DNA of 51,146 bases, taken from NCBI GenBank assembly GCA_030613375.1, contig JAUWMC010000002.1, positions 1-51,146 of the forward strand, read 5' to 3'. Below the pieces are notes generated by a model, which was given only the letters and a program-made list of their open reading frames with translations, had not been told where the DNA came from and did no database searches. Origin of the DNA: Candidatus Micrarchaeota archaeon (GTDB lineage: Archaea > Micrarchaeota > Micrarchaeia > Anstonellales > Bilamarchaeaceae). Of the stretch, positions 15,754 to 27,100 are shown in pieces. A program made the translations under genes and the position numbers. Numbering within the stretch: the first letter of the stretch is position 1; the number at the start of each line of letters is the position of its first letter.

Positions 15754-17873
15754 CCCTTTAGTAATTTTTCAGCAATTAATTTTCCGCTTTCTTTATTCAG
15801 GTAACGGTTATCGTTGCCGCACATTGGATCTAAAATGCATTTAGGACATCCCTTTTCACAGTCGCATTTTTCCAAGCGATCTTTGGTCATTTGTACTATT
15901 TTTTCAAATTTGGAGAATACTACTTGGGTTACTCCGTTTCCATCCTCAACTGAATCATATACATACATTCTTCCAGAGGGATAAGAAAGGCCTCCTAATT
16001 CCTTTGGATCTGCTCCAGTAATTGCAGGCATCATAGAAATAGAAACATGCTCAAATGCATGCAATCCATCTCCGAATTCAGGAATATCATAAACCATATC
16101 CTCTACATCTAGCCAGAGTGCGTAAGTATCGTATTCGTATATATATGGGGTTTCGAAAGTGTGCTCTGCGATTTTTGTTGCTCCAAACACATCTTTAATT
16201 ATAAATCCATAAACCTCTTCGGTAATATGCACTTTTCCGAAGAAAAGCTTGTGGCCCAAACACTCACGCGATGCGAGTTCTTCCACTACTTCTGCACTCT
16301 TGTTGCTTAGTGCGGATGTGTATTCTTCTACCTGGCGGTCCATGGGCTCAACCCATGCCTCCATTTTTTCCAAGTCCAATTTTTTAGAGAGATAAGCACG
16401 GCCTCCATGTAGATAGATTGCACCTTCAAAAAGTTCCTTTATTGCCATTCCTATTCCACGTTCACCTATTCGTTTCTCGTTTTCGGAATTGTATATTTTT
16501 ACTGAGGCTCCTGCGGAACGAAGATTGATAAGGCGGGCGCGCATTGCACCCTCTTTGGTTATGCTATAGAAATTTCCCCATTTTTTTAGGAGTTCTTCTT
16601 CCTCTAGGGATTCAATTATTTTGAGGGTTTCTTCATTTACTTCTTCTGGGGAAAACATCAGATCTTTTGCAGCAGAAAGTGTATGTAATTTACGCACATT
16701 TTCATTCTTTGGGTTTATGTAGCAGTTTTCTGGTTCCCCGTGCAGGTACTCATCCTTATTTTCGATATAATACTGGTCCAAGGGACTTTCTTTTGCAACA
16801 AAAATTCCGTATCCTTTTCCTTTTCTCCCACACCTTCCTATACGTTGACGAACTCGGGTAATTGTTCCTGGAAATCCTGCAAGCACAACTACGTCCGTAT
16901 TCCCTATATCTATTCCTAATTCCAATGCGGAAGTAGTGGCGAGATATTTTATCCTGCCTGCCTTGAAATCAGATTCAATCCTTCTCCTATCACCCTGCCT
17001 TAATCCAGATCGATAAACTGCAAGAGGAATATTCATGCGCGAAGCCATCAGGCCCATCCGCTCAACTAATGAGTGGGAATTCCCAAAAATAAGGGCTTTA
17101 CGGCCTAACTCATCCGCAATACGAAGTGCGGCAACGGAATAGCTTTCCGAAGGAGAAACAAGCAGGTGGTGGAACTCGGAACGGGGAGATGAATTCCCCT
17201 CTACTAAAACGAACTCCTCTCCACACAAACCCTCGCAAAATTCCTTTGCGTTTCCTACTGTTGCAGAGGTTGCAATAAACTGAATATCCCGGTTGAATTT
17301 CTTTTTTATGAGGCGCTTAAGTCTCCAAAGAACATTGGATGCGTGCGCACCAAAAATCCCGGAGTATGTATGCACTTCATCCAAAACTACGTATTTGAGC
17401 TTCTCGAAGAATTTAGTAAAAAGGCGATTGTTTAGGAGGATGAAATGAAGCATATCCATATTGGAAATAATTATCTGGGGTGGGTTTGCACGGATCTTTT
17501 CCCTTTTTCCCTGAGCTGTATCTCCATCGTAGGTTTCGGTACGAACTCCGTATAAAGCAAATTCGGAAAATCTCAGATGTTGGTCTCGGGCTAATGCTTT
17601 GGTGGGATAGAGAAGGAGAGTATTTTCTCCGTTTACTGCCCCATCTACTGCAGGAACTATGAATACTTCACTTTTTCCTCCTGCGGTGGGTGCAACCACA
17701 ACTACATTCTTTCCTTCCTGCACCTGAAGAATTCCTTCCGCCTGATGTCTATATAAGTGCTCAATTCCACGGGAAGCAAATACATTTTTGATTGTAGAAG
17801 AAAGGGGAAAATCTGAGTATTGTGCTTCGCGGGCGGGCTCAATTTCCTCGATTGGATGATAATCTTCAAGCAT
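15750..17873 (-). CDS. DEAD/DEAH-box helicase with C-terminal DUF1998 (Hrq1/MrfA/SftH-like)
   Basis: APTAGGKS, DEVH, SAT, ALELGIDIG, QRIGRCGR, HAFEH, CDCEKGCPKC. Confidence 0.92.
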   Translation of the reverse strand: MLEDYHPIEEIEPAREAQYSDFPLSSTIKNVFASRGIEHLYRHQAEGILQVQEGKNVVVVAPTAGGKSEVFIVPAVDGAVNGENTLLLYPTKALARDQHLRFSEFALYGVRTETYDGDTAQGKREKIRANPPQIIISNMDMLHFILLNNRLFTKFFEKLKYVVLDEVHTYSGIFGAHASNVLWRLKRLIKKKFNRDIQFIATSATVGNAKEFCEGLCGEEFVLVEGNSSPRSEFHHLLVSPSESYSVAALRIADELGRKALIFGNSHSLVERMGLMASRMNIPLAVYRSGLRQGDRRRIESDFKAGRIKYLATTSALELGIDIGNTDVVVLAGFPGTITRVRQRIGRCGRKGKGYGIFVAKESPLDQYYIENKDEYLHGEPENCYINPKNENVRKLHTLSAAKDLMFSPEEVNEETLKIIESLEEEELLKKWGNFYSITKEGAMRARLINLRSAGASVKIYNSENEKRIGERGIGMAIKELFEGAIYLHGGRAYLSKKLDLEKMEAWVEPMDRQVEEYTSALSNKSAEVVEELASRECLGHKLFFGKVHITEEVYGFIIKDVFGATKIAEHTFETPYIYEYDTYALWLDVEDMVYDIPEFGDGLHAFEHVSISMMPAITGADPKELGGLSYPSGRMYVYDSVEDGNGVTQVVFSKFEKIVQMTKDRLEKCDCEKGCPKCILDPMCGNDNRYLNKESGKLIAEKLLKG

Positions 17874-17878
17874 TTGAA

Positions 17879-19555
17879 TCAGCAGGAATAGATAAATCGA
17901 AGCGGTTCCTTGGAATCCAATCTACAGAATCCATACCTCTCAAACTGGACTATTGCCCCTACTTCCAGATCCAGGACTGCTTTTTCGCAGTATCCTTGTT
18001 CTTTTATGAGTGAATTGGGATTGTATTCTCCATTCAGGAAAAGGTCCCCGACTTTCCAGATTTCGCAATCCAAAGGTTCTGAACCCCATTGAAGTTTCTT
18101 TCCTTTAGTTATTTCTTCTCCCATATACCCAACTTTTACTTCATCCATGTTCTCAATCATTTTCACATTGTAGAGTTCCTTTAGGCGGAATATTTCACCC
18201 TCCTTCATCCCTTCGATTTCAGAACGCGGCACATAAAAAGTATCCTTTACAGAATATTGGCGAACTTCTTCCTTATCTGGATAAATTTTCATTTTTACGG
18301 TGCGCTCAGGCGCGCCTTCAACAGTAATTTTGATTGGATTTGGCACAAAAAAGTAATGGGGTGAGGTTGGATCCAAAAGTTTGCGGTTTTCTGAGAGCAA
18401 TTTGTCCCAAACAGGTTCGCTTTCCGCTTTTGTAAGGCCAAAAGAAAGTACAAATTTTTTGATTGCTTCTGGCAAAATTCCCCTTCTTTTGAGGCCCTTG
18501 AGTGTAGGAAGACGTGGATCATTCCATCCTTCTACTTTCCCTTCTTTTACTAATGGGCGAATGTGTCTTTTTCCTACTTTCGTATTCTTTATGGAAAGGC
18601 GGGCAAACTCTACAAGAATTGGTTCCCTCAATTTCAAATCTTTTAGAATCGCAAAATAGAGTGGATTGCGCAATTCGTACTCTTTTGTGCGCATTGCATG
18701 CGTAACTCCCTCGATTGAATCCATTATGGGTGCGGCAAAATCATATGAGGGCCAAACTCGAAATTGTTCACCTTGCCTATAGTGCGCAAAAAGTATTATG
18801 CGAAAAAGACTTGGATCACGCATCGCAGTATTATCTGAAGTTAAATCTCCTTTGTATCTGAGTATTGCTTCACCTACACCATATCCTCCATCAAGCATCT
18901 TTTTCCAGCGGGATTTCTGCTCCTCTGGAGAAAGTTTTCTGCAGTCGCACTCAGCCTGGAGTTCACGATTTTTGCTTACTTGCTCTCCTGTACAAGTGCA
19001 TACATAAGCCTGGTTATTTTCAAGCATTTTTTCTGCATAAGAGTAGAATTTTTCCATATTGTCAGAAGTATAAGTTTCTTCTCCATCCCATTTGATTCCA
19101 AGCCATTGGAGGCCTTCTTTAATTGCATCTACAAATTCGGGCTTTTCTTTTTCAGGATTTGTGTCATCAAACCTAAGAAGCATTTTTCCCCCATATTTCT
19201 TGGCAGTTTCATAATCCAGGAAAGATGCTTTGGCATGCCCAATATGCGGGTATCCTGAAGGCTCTGGAGGAAAACGGGTTACTACTTTTCCCTGTTCTGC
19301 ATTTGGAAGCTCAAGCTCCTTCTTCTCGTGCTTCTTTTCCACAAAAGTGTACTTGGAAAGTTCAGTTTCCAAATCTGAATCGGAAAGCACATTTACTTCT
19401 TCGCAGATGCGTGACGCCTCTTCCATAGTTACTTTCATGTCTTTTTTTGCATCCGGAAAATCTGCAATTACTTTTCCGATTATGGATTTGGGATTGGTTT
19501 TTCCGAAATCCTTCCTGTTTTTGAGAGCATATTTTCGAATAGTTTCACTAAGCAT
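17879..19555 (-). CDS. gltX: Glutamyl-tRNA synthetase (archaeal type)
   Basis: RFPPEPSGYPHIGH, RFDDTNP, WNDPRLPTL, QFERYGF. Confidence 0.96.
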   Translation of the reverse strand: MLSETIRKYALKNRKDFGKTNPKSIIGKVIADFPDAKKDMKVTMEEASRICEEVNVLSDSDLETELSKYTFVEKKHEKKELELPNAEQGKVVTRFPPEPSGYPHIGHAKASFLDYETAKKYGGKMLLRFDDTNPEKEKPEFVDAIKEGLQWLGIKWDGEETYTSDNMEKFYSYAEKMLENNQAYVCTCTGEQVSKNRELQAECDCRKLSPEEQKSRWKKMLDGGYGVGEAILRYKGDLTSDNTAMRDPSLFRIILFAHYRQGEQFRVWPSYDFAAPIMDSIEGVTHAMRTKEYELRNPLYFAILKDLKLREPILVEFARLSIKNTKVGKRHIRPLVKEGKVEGWNDPRLPTLKGLKRRGILPEAIKKFVLSFGLTKAESEPVWDKLLSENRKLLDPTSPHYFFVPNPIKITVEGAPERTVKMKIYPDKEEVRQYSVKDTFYVPRSEIEGMKEGEIFRLKELYNVKMIENMDEVKVGYMGEEITKGKKLQWGSEPLDCEIWKVGDLFLNGEYNPNSLIKEQGYCEKAVLDLEVGAIVQFERYGFCRLDSKEPLRFIYSC

Positions 19556-19619
19556 AAAGAGGATTTAGCTATAAATTAATTAAAAGGGGAAGGGGGGTAG
19601 GTTTCCAGTGAAAAAAATG

Positions 19620-19692
19620 TGGGACCGCCGAGATTCGAACTCAGATAACAAGTCCCCGAAACTTGCAGCTTACCAGGTTGGCTCACGGTCCC
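19620..19692 (-). tRNA. tRNA-Pro(CGG), CCA not encoded
   Basis: GGGACCG/CGGTCCC acceptor stem; CAAGT-TTCGGGG-ACTTG anticodon arm; TTCGAAT T-loop. Confidence 0.93.
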
Positions 19693-19746
19693 AGACAGTT
19701 TGAAGTGAAGGCGATGAAGGCGGCCCTTCTGAGCTTCGAACTGGCT
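19693..19746 (-). ncRNA. Conserved hairpin against the tRNA-Pro 5' end (homologous to 47442..47489)
   Basis: AGCCAGTTCGAAG...CTTCAAACTGTCT stem; inner motif TTYATCGCYTT shared with the other copy. Confidence 0.6.
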
Positions 19747-19839
19747 AAATGGGTTAAGTTCTCTTTTTTGGGAATACCTGCTTAAAAATGCTACTGCAAG
19801 CCGAATGAATTTATATTATTTCCCTTCGCAAGTAAATAT

Positions 19840-20814
19840 ATGCAGAGTAAAGCCGGCACAACCGCTTTAGGAAACCCAAAAAGGATTGGGGGAAACAAAA
19901 AGCCTCATGCTGTCCATGACCAGATTCTTTTTTCAAGGGGAGGTGTTTCCTCGGAAAGACTTACCAAAAAGGATCTTATGGTGGGAAGGAAGCTGCTCTC
20001 GGAATTATCTGAAATGAAATACCCTATGAGGGATCGGGCCAGGGTTGTATATCTCAATGGTGGGGAGGCAGGCCAGAAAACAGAGCTTAAAAAAATAGCT
20101 TATGGGCTTGCAGTGCTTGACTTTGTAAAGGCAGTCAACAAGCGTGCAGAAAAATCCTCCACTACAACTTCAGGGGATTACCAGGTATTCTGCAGTTCGA
20201 TATCTGTATTCGCCAGTTTCTTTAAGGGAGAATATTTTTCCGAAGCACTAGAAAAAAATGCGCTTCCGCTTTACATGATGGAATCTGCCCTTGAAGCATG
20301 CTCAGAAATTTATGGAATGGGCACACTTCTTTTTGAAGAAACTTCTACGAGGTACATAGGAAAAGCAAGTGAATTTGTTGAAAATACAAAAAAAGAGGAT
20401 GCTGCACTCCAGAACTATGTTGCCCTGAGAATAAATACGCTGAATGAAAGGCTGGAAAATCAACAGGATAAACTACGCAAAGAGTTTACCAACAAAGTGC
20501 TGAAAGTATTGAAACGTCCTGGCACAAGGGGAGTAAAATACCAAATGCTTACCCGGAATTATGATGGCGCTTCGGTGAATGAGCCCACTGAAGAATTTGT
20601 GCTCTTTGGAAAGCATGACACAAAAAAGGCCCTTTCGCAAAAGCTTGAGAGTGCAGGGAAGCATCACATATTGGTATTAGAATATGAGCTGGAACTGCTT
20701 GAGGAGATACAGGACAAATTCAAGAAAGGACTTCCAATCAATGCAGAAGAAAGGGAAGCGGTCGCAAGACTGAAGGCAGGGGAACACGATAAAAGAATCA
20801 AAGCCATACGGTAG
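19840..20814 (+). CDS. Hypothetical protein
   Basis: 324-aa ORF with a TTTATAT TATA box about 30 nt upstream. Confidence 0.8.
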   Translation: MQSKAGTTALGNPKRIGGNKKPHAVHDQILFSRGGVSSERLTKKDLMVGRKLLSELSEMKYPMRDRARVVYLNGGEAGQKTELKKIAYGLAVLDFVKAVNKRAEKSSTTTSGDYQVFCSSISVFASFFKGEYFSEALEKNALPLYMMESALEACSEIYGMGTLLFEETSTRYIGKASEFVENTKKEDAALQNYVALRINTLNERLENQQDKLRKEFTNKVLKVLKRPGTRGVKYQMLTRNYDGASVNEPTEEFVLFGKHDTKKALSQKLESAGKHHILVLEYELELLEEIQDKFKKGLPINAEEREAVARLKAGEHDKRIKAIR

Positions 20815-20866
20815 GATTACTTTGGACCGAAGTAAAGCTTAAATATCTGCTCTTCGTGAAAATTAT

Positions 20867-21127
20867 ATGGCCCTAGACGATAAGATTGCAACCCTGGACA
20901 AGAAAACCAAAAAACAGGTAAAGAAAACTCTCAAATCAATCAATATTGCACTAAAACTGAATTCTGTAAAACTCAAACAAAAGAAAATTCCCAAGAAGTT
21001 GGAGCATCTTGTGCAATGGAAGGGTGCCCTGGAACAATGGCAGACAAATTACGGAAAAAGCACAGAGATCATGGATATGGCTGAAGGTTTAGGGGCATAT
21101 CACGAAATTTGCGTATCTCTTGGATAG
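20867..21127 (+). CDS. Small basic hypothetical protein directly upstream of the giant gene
   Basis: 86-aa ORF with a TTAAATA TATA box upstream; ends 9 nt before the giant ORF. Confidence 0.7.
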   Translation: MALDDKIATLDKKTKKQVKKTLKSINIALKLNSVKLKQKKIPKKLEHLVQWKGALEQWQTNYGKSTEIMDMAEGLGAYHEICVSLG

Positions 21128-21136
21128 GTGGGATGA

Positions 21137-24100
21137 TTGGATTCTCAGTTTAAAGGAAAAGGGAAACCCGTGCTTAATGTCAGGTCACATGAAGAATTAG
21201 GGATAACTGCAATTGCAGCGGTGCCTATACCGACACCAGTGGAAACAGGAAATTTGGCTGAAATTGCAGGAAAGGAAGCAGAAAGAGAAGTAAATAAGTT
21301 AACAAATCTGGGTGGACAAACTGAAGAAATTGCGGAAGCTGCTTTGAATATTGCATCACAAAACACTGAAAATGCGGTTGCGCTGGATTCCCGGGCAATG
21401 GCTGAACTTACTAAAGAAAGCTTAACCGACAAGGTTAACTCTCTGGAAGTGGCTCTTGAAAAAATGAAATCAGGGGAGAAGTATTCTAAGCTTCCCCAGG
21501 AAATAAAAGAAAGAGTTGAGAATGTTGCATGGCTTGCCTCGCAGGCAGGAAACAGGCTGGATTCAATGGAAGGTCCGGGGCAGGAAAATGTGCTCCGAAA
21601 AGCAAGCGAAGATGTTTCCTTTGCAACTTTTGCAATGAGCACAGTGCCTCTTGAAAAACAGGACCCTGCATCTGGAATGGCAAAATTCCACAAAAAGCTA
21701 AAGGAACTGCGGGAAATGGGGATTGAAGAGAGGGTGGGGAGGGAAAGGGAGGGATATATAGAACTGAGGGCTGCTGCAATTGTGGCATCCCTAGAGATAA
21801 GGGTTCGCTCCAATGCTAGGGGCATTGCACTTGCAAAAGAATACCGGAAACAAAACAAAAAATCATATTCAAAGGAGGAAAATAAAAAAATTAGGGGATA
21901 TCTTGCGCTTGCAGCGCAGCTTAATGGGAAAGCGCAGAAAAGCTTGCAGGGAGGGAAGCTTCTTGAGGCAGATGCACTTATTTCCAAATCCAATGCCCTA
22001 TCATCTGCAACCATGATGTACCTGGGCGCAGTGGGGTCAAGAAACTCCATGCGGCCGCCCATTAGGAGAAAAAATGAATATGAAAGGCTCAGAACAGCGG
22101 CAGCCTCCGAAATAAGCAAGATTGAGGGTGCGATGAATGCGATTGCTGCACTTGACACATCAATGGATGTAAAGGAACTCTCTGCAAAAACACTGGAGAA
22201 GTTTGGAGAAGTGCAGGAAGCGTGCGGTGCGGTGCAGAAAAAGGCTGCGGAAGCTGAACTGCTGCGGTTTGATGCATCACGTGAAGGGTATGTGGACAAG
22301 AGGCTGGAAAGAGTAGGTAAACGCACGCGTGGGCTGATAGATGCAGGGCAATACGAGGATGCTACTGAGCTGCTTGGGGTTGCTTTCCTTTACAAGGGAA
22401 CATATGAGAAGAGCTCATACAAGGGAATTGTGGGGGAGGATGAGAAGAAGAAAACACTTGGCCAAAAGCAAAAAGAGCTTGCAAAAAAGTTTGGATATTC
22501 TCCAAAAAGAGATAATTTGAGGCAGGCACGAAGGAAACTGGGGAGGGCTCTTGATGCGCTCTGTCCCCCTGAGAAAGAAGTTAAAGGAAAGCGGATGGGC
22601 GAAGCTTACTACGAGCGGGAGCTTGCAGCTGCAAAAGGCCTTATCAAAAGCGTGAAGAAAGGGCTGACGCATGCGCAGGATGCAAGGCAGGACCAGAAGG
22701 ACCAGCTTCTTGTGCTTGGAAAAGGGCAAAAAAAGAAGCCCGGCTCAGTTGCAACCAACACTGATATCGACCTTATGGCTGCTTACGGGCTTATGGGAAG
22801 GGCAAATGATGCAGAGCAGGTGCTCGACACAACTTTCCAGGATCACCTTGATGCAGAAAGGGAACTTTACATTGCTTCCCTAAACGTTGGGGAAACGATG
22901 GGGCTTCTAGCCACGCAGGACAAGCTGGTAACCCAAAAACAGAAGGAACTTGCAGCTGCTGGAAAAGACCTTGCAAAGCAGTCTGCAGGGATACTTGGGA
23001 ATGTTGCCCTCAAAGAATCGTTCGAAGAAATAGAGGAGCGGGAAAAGGAGGAAGGAATAATTATAACGCCTCATGGGGAAACAGGAGCAGACCGTACCGC
23101 ACTTGCAGTAAACGGAAGGCTTACGGGCACGCTTGATAATGTAATGAAGCAGGAAGCCAGGATGTCCGGCCTGCATGATGCAACCGTAAAAATATTGGGA
23201 GGAAAAACGGAGGAAACTGGGGTAGTTGGGTATAACGTTGCAGAAATAGTTGATTTGCAAAAAGAAGAGCTGAAGCGCTCTGATGAGGTCCTGAAGGAAG
23301 CAGGAGGGATGCAGGCGATAGGGAGAAGTGCATCCACTTACCTCATGGCCTACCGTGCAGGGGAAAGCAGGTTCTGGGGGAACACAAGAACAGTTCAGAT
23401 GCGGGACTATATCCCACGTGCAATGGATAAACTTTATGATGCTGCGAAGCATGTTGGGGATGGAAAATGGAAGGATGCTTCTAAGAGATATGGGGAAGCC
23501 CAGGGCCAGTTTATGGAAGGGTTTGCAACTGCAAGCGAGCGCAAATACAATGACCCCCTAATAGTGGAATACAAGGAAAAAACTCAGAATGCATTTGATG
23601 TGCTTATTGGGGTGAACGAGGGTGAAGCAAAAGACCTGAAAGCAGCAATACTTGCACTCAATGCAACTAACCTTACTGTGCAAACCCAATACAGAGGAAG
23701 CCAGGTGTTTGAAGGAGGGCTTGAAAATATTTTTGTTTCGTTTGAAGATGGAGGCTGGCTAACTCTTCTTGGGCCTGCGGGAATGGTTGCAGCTCAAGTT
23801 TACAGGGCATCTTCAAAGAGGAAGGAAGTGGTGCCCAAAACAAGGGAAGAAAAGCTGGAGCGCATTGGGTATGTTCCTTATGAAAAGAGAGTTGCAAGGA
23901 TGGAGGCTAAAACTGAGGAAGTGCTCAGCGGAAAAACCTCATTGTTTGAAAAAAGAGGGGCATTAAACAGCATAAGAAATGATGCGGATGACTCCCTTGA
24001 AACCTACCAAATTGCGCAGAGCGCGGAGGATGGACTGTTTACTGCCGCTTCGCTTGCTCTCCAGCCGATTTTCATTACTGAAATGACCCGTGATACGGTG

Positions 24101-27100
24101 AGGCATGGCGCGGATGTGAATACTGCAATACTGGCTGCTGCACTTGCCACAGGGAAAATCGGGCAGTTCAGGAAAGCGGCTTCAGAGTTTGCAGAAGTTG
24201 TAGGGAAGGGTGCAGAGCAGCTTGAAAAGCTTAGCAAGCTGCAGAAAGTAGCACAGCACCTGAAAGACCCTGTGGAGCTTGTGCATTTTGCGGCTACAGG
24301 GTACCTTGTGGTGCATGGAACTGCAGGAGCAGTAACAGAATTTGAGTATTTTGCTGCGACAGGGGACACGCGGCACCTTACTGCAGGAGTGCAGTCCATT
24401 GCATTCCAGATTCCTATTCTTACAGGGTTTACTGCACCCATGCTGAGGGGAGGGAAAACTGCTCCCCGTGCAAGGGAAAAATCCCTCCTTGGAAGGGTGC
24501 GCGATCAGCGCTTGGCAGAGCAAAAATTCAGGGAAAGGCTTGAAAAATCCAGGACACCTGAGCAAAGGGAACTGGAACAAAAACTAAAGGAAAGGCCGGA
24601 AGCACCCACTGGGGAAAAAGTAAAGGAAACGATTGCGGAGAGAAAGAGGCTCATAAAAGCAGAAGAAAAGGAATGGGAGGAGCTTAAAACTGAAAGGAAA
24701 GGGGTTACCCCAAAAGAAATTGCCGAGCAATTCAGAAAGATTGAATCCAGTGCAAAAGAAATTGCTGGTAATCGCGAACTTACTGCTGAAGACCAAACTC
24801 ATTTTGCAGAAGGGAGGAAAGCTGAAGCCGCAGAATTGCGGGAGCGCGCAGAAACCCTTAAGCTGGAAGCTGTACGGATAAAATCAGAGCTTGGGGAGAA
24901 AGCAACAATTGATATAATGAAGAGAGTAGACAGGCTGAACAAAACTGCAGGAGCGCTTGAAAAAAGCGCTAAGATAATTGATGCCCAATCCCGGAAAAAG
25001 GTTGCTGTGAAAGTTAAAGGCGTTGTGCCCAAGATTATTGTAACGGAAACTGTTTCGGCAAAGCTGCGCCAGAATCTTGAAATACTTGAGGTAAAAAAAG
25101 AAGTGCGAGCTGCAGCTGAAAAGAAAATCGGCGCATCTGCCCTGGAAGAACGCACAAATGCAATTATGCGCACCTTCAAGGGAATGGAAGAAGTCGGGCG
25201 CGAAGTAGTTGAAAAGAACCCTGAGCTCTTTACGCAGCCCCAGGCTAAATTTGAGGCAAATGTGAAAAGGCTCAGGCAGACAAGAAAAGATGTACAGAAG
25301 ATTAAATTGGTGATGGAAGAGCGTGGCCTTAAGGTCCCTGAAGGAATTGAACGCGATGCAAGGCCTTACCTTGACGTGAATTTCAGGGAAAACGTCCACC
25401 TTGAAGTCTGGCGCATGGAGGCGGAAAAGCTTGGTGTAACTGTTGGGCCTAAAGCCCAGCCTGCTGCAGAAAAGGCGGCTCCGGCTGAAGCCCGGGAAGT
25501 AGAATATTCAACACGCAGGGAAAGGCAGGATGCAAGCTTCATGAAAAAGTATGGTGTTGAATGGGCAGAAAAAACAATTGCTGAAAACCGCCCTGAGGCG
25601 AATGAAACTGTTGAGAACCAACGGCTGAGATACCTTGCGTTTAACCGGATTGCGAGAGAACCTGCAAAAGTAAGGATGGTGCTGAAAGAAAGAACAATTG
25701 AAAACACCCCGAAAGAACTACGGGGCATCGTTGAGATCGAATGGAAAATTTATGTGGAGGGAATGATTCCTGGTCTTAATGAATATAGCCCTGTACGAGA
25801 GATGTCAAGGTTCAAGGCAATCCAATCTGAAAAACTGGCCCCTAAAATAAAAAGTGATGTTGATGGATTCGTGCGCAATGCAGAAGGTGCAAATGCCCAT
25901 GGGGTGGCCCATGATAAGGGAGGGCATGAACGATTCACAAATGTTGTTCTAAAGGGGGAAATCCCTCAGACTGCATGGGTCGGTCCGATGAAAAAGGGCC
26001 CCGGTGTGGACCGCTCTACCTCCTCTGCATTCCACGGCCCATTCTGGGTTGTGCTTGAAGGGAAAGCAGGGGCAAAGAAAGGCCCCATAAGTGCAAAGGA
26101 ACACGTTGCGTACGTGTGCCCATCTGAGAAATACATGGTGGAAACATCCAGGGCAATAAAAGATGCATATTCACAGGGACTAATGACCCGTACGGAGGCA
26201 GTAAAAGCAATTTCAAAGCTCATGACTGCTGCAGAAGCAAAAGAAGCTCCTGCAACCGCCTTCCGCTCTCGGGCAGGCAGGAAGGCAGGGGCAAGGGAAT
26301 TCTGGGCTGAAAGAAGTGCTTTGGCTGAAGGGGAAATTGTTTCGTTTGAACGATTCTCAAGAATGGAAGTAAAGGAAGTGGCTGCGAAGCCGAAGAAGAA
26401 TATCGTTGAGAAGATTAAGGAACTACGTGCGGAGGAAAAACGAACCGGAAGACCCAGCCTAGATCGGGCAATGCTGGAAAGGCAGATTGAGCAAAACCCG
26501 CACCTAAAGAAAGCAGTTGAAGAATATAGACGCATGGTGAGGCTCTCGGTTCGTGCAGAGAAAGGCACGCAATTTGGAATGGTTGGGGATGTAGAAGGGT
26601 TCAAAGCAGAGAATGTAAGGGAAGCTGGGGCGGCAAAGGCAAAAGCAGGAGAGAACCTTGTGGATGCGGAAGCAACTGCAAAACCTGCAGAACCATCTGT
26701 AGGGATGACACGGGCAAGAAAGGCCCTGAAGGCCATGAAAGGAGCAAGGCAGAGGGCAAAAGAGAGGATACTTGCCCTTGCGCGGTTGCCTGCAAAAATA
26801 AAACGGCTCAGAAAACAGCGCAGGAAGGAAAAGCGTGCACAGGTGCTTACACCTAAAGGAGAGAGGGTTAAGGTTCCACAAGAGCAGGCTGAGAATGCAA
26901 GTAAAAGAATGCAGGACACAATATTCAAATCCGCCATTACTGATACAGGAATGAGAAATGCGATTGGGCTCGAACGAGGAAGATCCCTTGCGAAAAATGC
27001 ATGGGCTGAAGTATACAGGGGAGAAGCTAAGCCCACGTTCAAAACCACATTAGAAAAAGATACATACGTGGCAATGAAAAAACAGGTGCAGGCAAGATTC

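Noticed and set aside
19710..19735. C/D-box sRNA or fluoride riboswitch on the plus strand (GGCGATGA...CTGA)
   Set aside because: No second box pair or riboswitch 3' consensus; CTGA is absent in the homologous tRNA-Ala leader.
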